From a bacterium (lineage in GTDB: Bacteria > Hinthialibacterota > Hinthialibacteria > Hinthialibacterales > Hinthialibacteraceae): 64,000 nucleotides of DNA. The notes beneath the pieces were generated by a model that saw only the letters and a program-made list of their open reading frames with translations, did no database searches and was not told the DNA's origin. Shown here piece by piece: positions 1 to 8,381 of the stretch (position 1 is the first letter of the stretch; each line of letters begins with the position of its first letter). Position numbers and translations under genes: made by a program. The DNA is taken from positions 1,024,001 through 1,088,000 of the forward strand of contig CAXXMV010000006.1 of assembly GCA_963662285.2 (NCBI GenBank). Direction: 5' to 3'.

Positions 1-2
1 TC

Positions 3-743
3 CCCGCCATGAAGCGCTTGATGGATAGCATTGATATCGAAGCTGAACCGGGGATCGGAACCACCATTCGTCTCAGCAAGATGAAATCCAAATCGTCAAC
101 ATCCCTGGCCAAGAATATAGTCAGTTTCATCAATAACAAATTTACCGCTAAAAATAAGATTACTCTGTCTGAAGAACTGCGTAAACAGAATATGAACCTG
201 GTTCAGACTCTATCGCTTTATGAAGAGAAGAACGAGGAACTGCAAAAAAAGAACAAAGAACTTTTAGACTTAAAACAGCAACTTGAATTATCCAACGCAG
301 AACTCCAGGATCGATCTTCAGAACTACAGGATGCGCTTTTATCACTGGGCGACCGGACTAATGAACTCGAGGCGCAGAACCGGCGTTTTACCGCCGTCAT
401 GGAACAGGTTCCCGGCGGGGTGATTATCACGGACCGTTCCGGAGTTGTTACCAAAGCCAACCGGCGATTCTATACTCTGTTCGAGTTGGAAAATGAATTG
501 GTCGAAGATTTGAAAAAGGTGGATTGGTATTCGTTCTTATCCCGCTACAAGACTAGGGTCGACGAAGAATGGAGCAAAACGGCGGCTGCGTGGGACGATC
601 AGCGAACTCAAGTTCATACATTTACGCTGATAACTCAAACCGAGTCGCCTAAAAATATCATTTGCCGGATCGTCCCTATCCTTGATGATAATCAGAAATT
701 CCTGGGACGCATCTGGATATTTGAAACTCCCTGTGTAGGATAA
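3..743 (+). CDS. 5'-truncated RsbT/anti-sigma-type kinase (HATPase_c end) fused to a coiled coil and a PAS domain
   Basis: Frame is open to the window edge: (L)PAMKRLMDSIDIEAEPGIGTTIRLSK matches the C-terminal G2 box of RsbT/RsbW-like kinases. A heptad-rich coiled coil follows, then PAS-like GVIITDRSGVVTKANRRF...PILDDNQKFLGRIWIF. Confidence 0.7.
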   Translation, partial: PAMKRLMDSIDIEAEPGIGTTIRLSKMKSKSSTSLAKNIVSFINNKFTAKNKITLSEELRKQNMNLVQTLSLYEEKNEELQKKNKELLDLKQQLELSNAELQDRSSELQDALLSLGDRTNELEAQNRRFTAVMEQVPGGVIITDRSGVVTKANRRFYTLFELENELVEDLKKVDWYSFLSRYKTRVDEEWSKTAAAWDDQRTQVHTFTLITQTESPKNIICRIVPILDDNQKFLGRIWIFETPCVG

Positions 744-761
744 TTTTTGAACCTTGGAGTA

Positions 762-1868
762 TTACTCTATTTCGCTTAGCAGTTCAATTCGGGCGAAGCG
801 AGTGAGTAGAATATCAACTGTATTCTTTGATCCATTGGCGTCAAGTAAATCTACTGCCTGCTGGCTCAGTTTCTTTCTTTCCTCTCCATTTTTCAATAAT
901 TCTTCAATGCTCATTTTCAGCATATCGAAAGAATCTGCTATGGGAGTGACGCGAACGGCATTCTGTTTGAGAAACAACTGACAGGTTTTGATTTCTTTAT
1001 CTGTTCGCGGAGTGAGAATAACCGGTTTACCCATAGCTATAAGTTCGTAGATATTTAACCCAGGGCGTGCGATAACCAGACAGGTTTGGCGGATGGCGGT
1101 AATTCTGTCTGATAATGATGGAGAAATAAGCAGTTCTGCGTCACTGGAAAAGGCTTCTTTAAGTTGATCTGCTGAATTGGTGGATACATCAGCCAGTATT
1201 TTGATGGGAGATCGGGTCAAAGGTCGAACCGCATCCAGTATAGGAGATAAATCTTCTGGCGATGCATTGCCGGAAACCGCAATCAGAAGACGGTCTTCTG
1301 AAGGCGTTTCATTATTTTGCGAGAAATATTCATCCAGAATGGGAACGTATTGCAAACCGTGAATACAGTCGGCCATACAACTGGCTTGCGCTTCTATATT
1401 TTCAAAATCCGGCTGTGTAATCAAACCCGGCAATAATGCGGCATCTACTCTATTGGATGCAAATAATGAATCTGAATATGCATCCGCCAGCAGCGCGAAC
1501 AGGGATGTGTTTAAATCCGGTTGAAGCCGGGGAGGAGTAGTACAATCGGCGATTACAATATCGGCTGCAGAAACTTTTACGATTTCATTGAAAGTCAGCG
1601 GATTCCCATCGGGACGTGAATTGATCCATTGGATATTTCGTTTAGTTATCTCATCGGTTAGACCGCCGCACGCAAGACAGGACAAACTTACCGACTCGAT
1701 ATCGGCCTTACAAAACGCTTCAGCAAGCGCCAAACCCCGGATAACGCGCGCCGGTTGATCGCTATACGCTGCATCAATCCATATCATAACCGACTTTGGC
1801 AGAGGCGCTTTTTTTGTTTTTTTTGTTTTTTCTTTTCGATTTTTCTTGATTATTTTCCACAAAGCCAT
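762..1868 (-). CDS. PseG/SpsG-like GT-B fold protein (glycosyltransferase 28 C-terminal-like), degenerate active-site motif
   Basis: IWIDA...RGLALAEAF N-terminus, LLIAVSG, LVIARPGLNIYELIAMGKPVIL and LLDANGS follow the PseG/SpsG layout. The usual GxGH is replaced by QPARV. Confidence 0.6.
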   Translation of the reverse strand: MALWKIIKKNRKEKTKKTKKAPLPKSVMIWIDAAYSDQPARVIRGLALAEAFCKADIESVSLSCLACGGLTDEITKRNIQWINSRPDGNPLTFNEIVKVSAADIVIADCTTPPRLQPDLNTSLFALLADAYSDSLFASNRVDAALLPGLITQPDFENIEAQASCMADCIHGLQYVPILDEYFSQNNETPSEDRLLIAVSGNASPEDLSPILDAVRPLTRSPIKILADVSTNSADQLKEAFSSDAELLISPSLSDRITAIRQTCLVIARPGLNIYELIAMGKPVILTPRTDKEIKTCQLFLKQNAVRVTPIADSFDMLKMSIEELLKNGEERKKLSQQAVDLLDANGSKNTVDILLTRFARIELLSEIE

Positions 1869-2023
1869 TTGCAATTCCTTCTTTCTCTATAGCGATTCTC
1901 AAAATCCGGTGCGTTTATGATGTCGTTTAAGTTGTAAAAAATATGGAGCGCGGGCATCCTTGTTCGCATGAATCATATCTACCTATCACTCCGTTCGCAA
2001 TGACAGAGCTTTGACCTGGAGCA

Positions 2024-3520
2024 TTATGTTTCTATCCAGATTTTATCTCTGAGGTTTTTACGTGATATGGATGTGACACAGATTAGTTCATCCAGCGGTG
2101 GGAGGCTGAAATGAGGCGGATTATGATTACCATCACGGTTTATGATTCCCCAATGCTGTAAAACTTTTAGGGAAAACGAAAAATCCGGCTCAAAATCAGT
2201 TTGAAGGTGATCATGAATGAAATCCCGGGAGTATTTTTCTAACGCAGTTTGAGTAAGACCTTTCGGTTCTTTAGCGTGACAGGCCAAAACGGTGATTATC
2301 AATAAAGCTTCACGCTTAAGCACATTTTCGTAATCATCTACTAAATGGCTGATAGCTTTGGCGTTTCTGGCCAGAAGTCGCTTGAGCATATACCGGGCGT
2401 GCGAGTATTTTTGCTCGGTTTTTACAATGTTCATTTTATAAAAGATGCGGTATATTCCAAAAATGATAGGATTGAAAACCATAAACGCACGACGTAAACT
2501 CTTGGAAAAAATAGCTTTTCCGAGAGTTGGAATGGTGGCTGTGCCGGTAAAGCAGAGTTGGATGTATTCTTTGACGCCTAGAGATATTTCTGCGTTGGGG
2601 ATCAACAATTCCAAGTCGGTTGCCGGTATGTGGTGATAGACCAGAATTTGCAGGCGTTTCAATTGTTTAGATTCAACCAGACGTTCTTTCATGAATTCAT
2701 CCAGTGATTTGTCTTGCAGTTGACGCATTTTCTCCTGCACCATACGCTGAATGGCGCGCTTTCGCTTGACTACTGGCCTGGCAGTTTTTTTACTTTCTTC
2801 CTGCAGGTAAGGATGAAGTTCACGATGCATTTGCCGGGTGTTGAGCTGCGCCGGGCTTGGTTCATCTTTGTGATGATTATCTATATTGCCGTTATCGTTT
2901 TCATCTTTTTGTTCTTCATTTTGTTCAATATTCTCTCCAATGATAACCGTTAATTCTTCGAAAATTTCAACTGATTCGGGAGAGAGTAAAGAGGACACCC
3001 ATCTCTCTTTAGCATGTATCTTTTTAGCCATGGACCGAGTGAATGTTTCAGATTGTTCTGCTATATACGAACCTCTCACATAAAAGTTAAGAAACTCGAT
3101 ATTTTGCAGCCGGACGAAAATTTTCTCGTATGACATATCATGAAGAGATTGTTCAACGCTCTCAACAGATAGTTTTTTGTAATGAGAAAGATTAAGCAGC
3201 GTTTCGACCTGGTTAGTGACAAAATTCAAGTCATCGTGAAAGGATGAGTCGGTTAGATCCATGTTGTGTTTGAAGAATCTTTTAGTGAATCCTGGACCGC
3301 TCCAGCGTAGAAAGCGGGTCATGATCGAATCGGCGCGATGTTCTCCATCAAGAAAAACCATCGATTCAAGATTGAAGAGAAAATCTTCTAATTTATCTAA
3401 ATCCGGTGTATGACATGATTCCAATAAATGTTTGATTGTGATATTCCGTAGATCGTCGAATGCAATCGGCAGTATTCGCAGGGGCAATAAGTTGGATTGA
3501 TTTTTATCGACGTCATTCAT
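2024..3520 (-). CDS. DUF3754/TMEM143-like protein (divergent)
   Basis: HHIPATDLELLIPN resembles the family motif KNIPxADLEMLFPN. C-terminal KREALL...GLTQTALE...DFEPDFSFSLKVLQHWGII resembles the winged-helix-like end of the family. Confidence 0.55.
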   Translation of the reverse strand: MNDVDKNQSNLLPLRILPIAFDDLRNITIKHLLESCHTPDLDKLEDFLFNLESMVFLDGEHRADSIMTRFLRWSGPGFTKRFFKHNMDLTDSSFHDDLNFVTNQVETLLNLSHYKKLSVESVEQSLHDMSYEKIFVRLQNIEFLNFYVRGSYIAEQSETFTRSMAKKIHAKERWVSSLLSPESVEIFEELTVIIGENIEQNEEQKDENDNGNIDNHHKDEPSPAQLNTRQMHRELHPYLQEESKKTARPVVKRKRAIQRMVQEKMRQLQDKSLDEFMKERLVESKQLKRLQILVYHHIPATDLELLIPNAEISLGVKEYIQLCFTGTATIPTLGKAIFSKSLRRAFMVFNPIIFGIYRIFYKMNIVKTEQKYSHARYMLKRLLARNAKAISHLVDDYENVLKREALLIITVLACHAKEPKGLTQTALEKYSRDFIHDHLQTDFEPDFSFSLKVLQHWGIINRDGNHNPPHFSLPPLDELICVTSISRKNLRDKIWIET

Positions 3521-3890
3521 GGGTTTTCATATTCCAATAAAGTAGAATGAGTGAATAAATCGATTTAAATAATAATGCGTTTTCAGCCATATCATAATAA
3601 TATATAGTCTGTTTTATATGAAAGATGCATAGAGCGATTGTCAAAAATATGTTCGATTATTATCACGTTTGGTCTGAGAAAAAGAACATTGCTGCGTATG
3701 GCTGTTGCTTTAGACGCAGTTTCTGAGGGACATATTCTGTTGGGCGGGCGTAAAACCACTCTATGAGATATTGCTGAGTTAAGACTCCGTATGGGGATGG
3801 TGTTGAATATAGGCGGTAATTGCAGAAAGGACGCTGCTATTGGCGCCAATATTCAACTTTTATTTGAAGAATCGTTAAATAATGCTGCTG

Positions 3891-4808
3891 TCAGTGATGG
3901 TCTTCAACTGTAGTTTCAGGCGTAAGGTTTTCTGTGTTTTCCAGTATTTCATCAGGATTGGTGCGTCGTTTGATTTCATTGCGGATGGCGATAATCGGTC
4001 CCATCAAGATAAAGGCGAGCGTAAGCGCCAAGAGAACTGCTTTGAACCGCAGAACAGCGACGCAGAGAATCAATACAATGAATACATTGTATTGGTAGAT
4101 ATTCTTCTTTTCCACTTTACGAGCGGCTAAATCCGGATAGGGAATCGTGCTTACCATCAAGCCGGATAAACAGATCATCACAATATGAAGCGCTATACGG
4201 GAATACGCATTATCCAGCGGGAAGCCATATTCCAGACTTGCCAGCACTAAGGCCGCCAGAAAACACCCAGGAACAGGGCAGGGAAGGCCGACAAAGAACT
4301 CGCGCTTCTTCTTGCTGCCCATGGCTTGAATGTTGTATCTGGCAAGCCTTAAGGCGCTGCAAAGCGCATATATCAATACCAGCGAAGCTCCCAGGCGGTT
4401 CATATCTTTGTAAAGCATGGCATGAATCATGATGGGAGGCGCCACTCCAAAGGAGATTAAATCCGCTAATGAATCAAGCTGCACGCCAAAAGGAGAGGCG
4501 GCGCCGACTAAACGGGCTACTTTCCCGTCTATCATATCGAAAAAAACCGCCAAAAGTATTAGCATAGCGGCTATTTCGAATTTTTTGTCGAGCACGAATA
4601 AGACCGCTGCCACTCCACAGGCAATGTTAAGGCTGGTCAGCACATTGGGCAGCAAATGGATCAAATTGATGTTTTTATCACGAAAACGGGGACGCCTGAA
4701 ATGGACGCGCCGTGGTCTTGATGAACGAGTCGGATCATTTTGAAATGATTTACGATTTTTGTCCCGGTTCATTGAATCGCTTTGAGAATTATTGAGATTT
4801 TGTTCCAT
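3891..4808 (-). CDS. pssA: CDP-diacylglycerol--serine O-phosphatidyltransferase
   Basis: LPNVLT, the CDP-alcohol phosphotransferase motif DMIDGKVAR...FGVQLDSLADLISFGVAP, ALRLARYN, FVGLP and LMVSTIPY. Confidence 0.95.
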   Translation of the reverse strand: MEQNLNNSQSDSMNRDKNRKSFQNDPTRSSRPRRVHFRRPRFRDKNINLIHLLPNVLTSLNIACGVAAVLFVLDKKFEIAAMLILLAVFFDMIDGKVARLVGAASPFGVQLDSLADLISFGVAPPIMIHAMLYKDMNRLGASLVLIYALCSALRLARYNIQAMGSKKKREFFVGLPCPVPGCFLAALVLASLEYGFPLDNAYSRIALHIVMICLSGLMVSTIPYPDLAARKVEKKNIYQYNVFIVLILCVAVLRFKAVLLALTLAFILMGPIIAIRNEIKRRTNPDEILENTENLTPETTVEDHH

Positions 4809-4909
4809 AATTTTATAACTTAAATGATTTATTTTACTACGGCGCTTAAGCGCTTTGTTTTGTAAATAATCTTTTTTAGATTATCCTTGTTAAAGCATAT
4901 AAGAAGGTG

Positions 4910-5112
4910 GTCGCTATCAACCCTCTCCTAACCTCTCCCAATCTTGGGAGAGGAATGTTATCCAATGTGTTTTGTATAACTAAGTTATAACAATATAACT
5001 GGTTATATCTACAAAATCCCTCTCCCCCAACTTGGTGGATAATTTAAGAGGGGGTTGTTATCCAAGACCTTGGATTATCCAATTGAAATCATAATCGAAC
5101 TGCTTTTTTAGG
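4910..5112. repeat. ~200-bp intergenic BIME/MITE-like palindromic element, copy 1
   Basis: Aligns with 55771-55973: tatcaaccctctcctaa(c/a)ctctcccaatcttgggagaggaatgtta ... atataactggttatat ... ccctctcccccaa ... aagagggg ... gaactgct. Confidence 0.85.
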
Positions 5113-5204
5113 ATAACCAAGTTGTTGTTCTATATATGATACTGTTCTTTAAGAATAGGTAAATGGTTTTCTAACCGGGTATTAAGAGGATTCTTGGAAG
5201 AAGT

Positions 5205-5444
5205 CTACTCCAGACGCAAATTGATTTCCGCTAAAACCGCCGTACGTGCGCTGATGTATCCCGCCAGGATGCCGTCTTCAAAGTTAAATCTTGCATTACT
5301 CATTAATACGGCGAAATCCTGTGGATTGCGCAGGTCTTCGACTGTAATTCCAGGAACCGATTGGCGAGCGAGGTCGAATACCTTTTTGTGTTGATATTCG
5401 ACCAGTTCGTTTAATAATCTCAGTAATTCATCTTGAGTTAACAT
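5205..5444 (-). CDS. Small conserved hypothetical protein (79 aa)
   Basis: Protein-like composition with a TxEDLRNPQDF...FNFEDGILAG motif. Lies 18 bp downstream of the ATPase gene on the same strand. Confidence 0.7.
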   Translation of the reverse strand: MLTQDELLRLLNELVEYQHKKVFDLARQSVPGITVEDLRNPQDFAVLMSNARFNFEDGILAGYISARTAVLAEINLRLE

Positions 5445-5462
5445 TGCTTAACGGTTTCTTCC

Positions 5463-6956
5463 CTAGTTTAAAACCCGTCTAAGGATGCCGGATCGGTCGA
5501 TCCACTGGGCGCGGATCACGTCAAAATGAGAGCGTGCAATTTTCCAGCGTGGATCGTCTTCGGTCAGATCATTGGGCAGGTCTTTGACGTATTCCGAGAT
5601 CAAGGTTGAAAGGAAGCCGAATGCGTAACGCGGCGTGCCCAGGGTTGATAAGGTGTCCTTTAGATAAACGAAATCGAAATTATCCTCAAATATATCTGAT
5701 AGAGGGCGCATTTCTGAGTCTGGATTTTTGCAAATCGCCATTCGTGAATTGGCGATTTCGTACAGTTCCTGTCCGCTCCATTTCAGTTCGGAAACCAGGT
5801 TGGATTTATCCAGCCGCATGTGCTTCAGTTGTTCGGCGGTTGCATTGCGGTGGATGGCGTCCATCTCGATGGGAAGGAAGAGTTTTAATCCCAGGCGCGG
5901 ATATTGCAGCAACTTGATATCCAGCAGCTTTTCAACGAATTGCCGCATTAATGTTTCGTTGATGCTTAGCAGGGATGGTTCGTCAATCCGGTCCAGCATG
6001 ACGTATACGCCCTGGTAGCCGAACGATTCGAGGATATCCATAAAACGGTCCAACAAGTGATAACGGCCTGATTCATCCGTGCCGTTGGGTAAAATAAACT
6101 CTTTACGCTCCTTGTTGGAAAGACGGCTTAACAATGTTCCTAGATTGGATGAATTACGGGGCAGCACTTTTACGCTTCGTCCCGCCCAGGCCGATTGAGT
6201 TCGGGCCAGCAGGTAATCGAATAACCACCAGCCCCATGTTCCCGCTAGTCCAAGACCTCCCACGCTGTATAGCACTTTTTTGAAGAAGGTGGATTCCATC
6301 CCGGTATACCAGGGAACCAGCAATGTTGCGGCGCTGGCTAGAGTCAACAAGATGATAAACATCCACTTAAACATCGGGCGCCATGAGTAATGTTTGATTA
6401 TTTTTCGAAGACTTTGCATGGCTTCCGAGGTGGTTTTACGGTCGGAGTTGTAATATAGAGCGGCTAATGAGAGTAGGTAAACTTTTTGTTTGCGGGTCAT
6501 CTCTTTCGGAGCATTACCGCTATCCAGAATCTGATCGATAAACTTGGTTGAGCCTAAAGATAAGATGGCGTCGAGGTGATCGGATATTTTCCATCGCTTA
6601 ACCACGTCCTGCGATGCTTGCCGGTCATCAGCGCGGGCGCCGATTCTGCGGCGGAAAATGGAAAGAAATGGATTGAAATCGACGTATTCGATCAGGAAGA
6701 TTTTTTTCTCTGGATTCTCTTTATTGAATTGATCCAGTTTTCGTCCCATTACCAGACGTAATGCGCTTTTTCCGCTGCCTTTTTCTCCAAAAGCCACTGC
6801 CGGAGCGGCCATTTGGGGATTGCCATACATCCGGTCGAAACTCCAGTGCACCACTGAAGAATCCAACTCAGAAAGAATTATATCTTTATCCGCATCTTCA
6901 CAATTAAACGGATCATGCGCCATATTCCAGTGTTCCCGCCATTTTTGTGTAAACAT
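5463..6956 (-). CDS. P-loop NTPase with two transmembrane helices inserted between Walker A and Walker B (KAP-like topology)
   Basis: Walker A GEKGSGKS, hydrophobic pair WMFIILLTLASAATLLVPW / VLYSVGGLGLAGTWGWWLF, and Walker B-like VYVMLDRIDE. Confidence 0.7.
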   Translation of the reverse strand: MFTQKWREHWNMAHDPFNCEDADKDIILSELDSSVVHWSFDRMYGNPQMAAPAVAFGEKGSGKSALRLVMGRKLDQFNKENPEKKIFLIEYVDFNPFLSIFRRRIGARADDRQASQDVVKRWKISDHLDAILSLGSTKFIDQILDSGNAPKEMTRKQKVYLLSLAALYYNSDRKTTSEAMQSLRKIIKHYSWRPMFKWMFIILLTLASAATLLVPWYTGMESTFFKKVLYSVGGLGLAGTWGWWLFDYLLARTQSAWAGRSVKVLPRNSSNLGTLLSRLSNKERKEFILPNGTDESGRYHLLDRFMDILESFGYQGVYVMLDRIDEPSLLSINETLMRQFVEKLLDIKLLQYPRLGLKLFLPIEMDAIHRNATAEQLKHMRLDKSNLVSELKWSGQELYEIANSRMAICKNPDSEMRPLSDIFEDNFDFVYLKDTLSTLGTPRYAFGFLSTLISEYVKDLPNDLTEDDPRWKIARSHFDVIRAQWIDRSGILRRVLN

Positions 6957-7056
6957 ATTGATTCCTCGTAATATCCCTAATAGTGAACATAGGGATAGTG
7001 ATTTGTCTTTAGAGATTTATTACAAAGATAACGCGATTTTATCTTAATGGAAAGGA

Positions 7057-7908
7057 TTAGCAGCCTTCATTATAATTATGAGAATCAATTACTGTGGTTT
7101 TTTCATCGGTAGTGTCATTAATATCACTATTCGGTATCGTGAATTCAAATAGATTTTGTGATTTTTGGGGTTTTGAATACCCATAATATTTAATAGTACG
7201 TTTTTCGCTTCCCACCGAATCACGTTCATACATAAGGGTATGCTTACGGATAAAATAGGTTCGTTTAGTCCAATTGCCATAGTGATCTGAGTTTTGGTCG
7301 AAAGTTGTCCGTGAAATATAATCGTCAGTTTGCAACTTGCTTATGGGGATTGGATCAAACAGACCAAAGAATTTATCTTTATCTTCACTGCTTGAAGCGC
7401 CGTCAGGATAATATGTGATTGTTTGAATCAGGCGGTTTGATGAATCGTGTGTAAAGACGGTGCGTTGTTTGAATAGACCATCGGTATTGTAATAAACCTC
7501 TTCAGTCCGGTTGCCCTGTTCATCATAATTAAATGTGACGAGCGCCGGTTTGGCGGAGAGGGCGGCGAATTGGGGGTCTTTACTGCTGTAAGTGTATTCA
7601 ACCTGCTTCACCGGACCTTTAAGTCCATCCCGTTGCAGATCGTTGCCGCTGGTTCTTTCAAAGGCTTTGGGGCCATTAATCCAGAATAGTACTGTCATAA
7701 ATATGGTTATTGCGAATATTGCTTCAGCCACTGTCTTAAAGGTGATGCGTTGGCCGGGGTGGATGCGCCATGTCGGGGGATCGTCGCAAACCAGATCGTT
7801 ATATTCTTCAGGCTCATCTTCAAAATCGTTTTCGAAGTCATCTTCAACATTTTCTTCAAAATCATCTAGTGGTTCATTACTTGAAGTGAGTTCATTAATT
7901 TTGTTCAT
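7057..7908 (-). CDS. Membrane-anchored YD-repeat-like hypothetical protein
   Basis: Acidic N-terminus, one TM helix, then LKGPVKQVEY, YDEQGNRTEE and YGNWTKR...RTIKYY motifs typical of short YD-repeat proteins. Confidence 0.6.
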   Translation of the reverse strand: MNKINELTSSNEPLDDFEENVEDDFENDFEDEPEEYNDLVCDDPPTWRIHPGQRITFKTVAEAIFAITIFMTVLFWINGPKAFERTSGNDLQRDGLKGPVKQVEYTYSSKDPQFAALSAKPALVTFNYDEQGNRTEEVYYNTDGLFKQRTVFTHDSSNRLIQTITYYPDGASSSEDKDKFFGLFDPIPISKLQTDDYISRTTFDQNSDHYGNWTKRTYFIRKHTLMYERDSVGSEKRTIKYYGYSKPQKSQNLFEFTIPNSDINDTTDEKTTVIDSHNYNEGC

Positions 7909-8154
7909 GACATCAGTCTCCCCTATAGATGTATAAACATTCCCTTTTCGTTAACGATTAAACTACTATATCGTAACGAATTTAATAATAATGTCTATCA
8001 TGAATTTAGATTATGATAAATTTAATCTGCACGGCCTGAGTTTCTTTGATCTATTGCTATACTAGTATTCTTACAGATTATGAATAACTTGATAACCAAA
8101 TTCTCTTATCCTCGATTCAGGAAGTTGGGTTTAGGTTATCAGAGGTGGATTTTT

Positions 8155-8352
8155 GATGGGTCGATAAGACTGACCCATCCTACGCATAGGCTTTTTAGCG
8201 TCTATATCCCCTCTCCCCGCGGGAGAGGGCTAGGGTGAGGGGTGTTTGCAAAAAAACCGCGTCATCCCGTAGGGGCAATTCCCTTGTGGTTGCCCTGTCT
8301 TACGTTATCACCTTTGATTCCATAAAGTACCTTCTTCCCACGGGAGAGGGTT
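8155..8352. repeat. Cluster of REP-like palindromes upstream of leuC
   Basis: gatgggtc-N9-gacccatcctac (GTAG type, minus strand); ccctctccccgcgggagagggctagggtgagggg; gtaggggcaattcccttgtggttgccct; ccttcttcccacgggagaggg. Confidence 0.75.
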
Positions 8353-8381
8353 TTAGCATCCGTTGATTGGAGGAACAAGTC

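Noticed and set aside
3592-3849. 85-aa ORF between pssA and the DUF3754-like gene
   Set aside because: TTG start, no RBS and no protein-like motifs; likely spurious.
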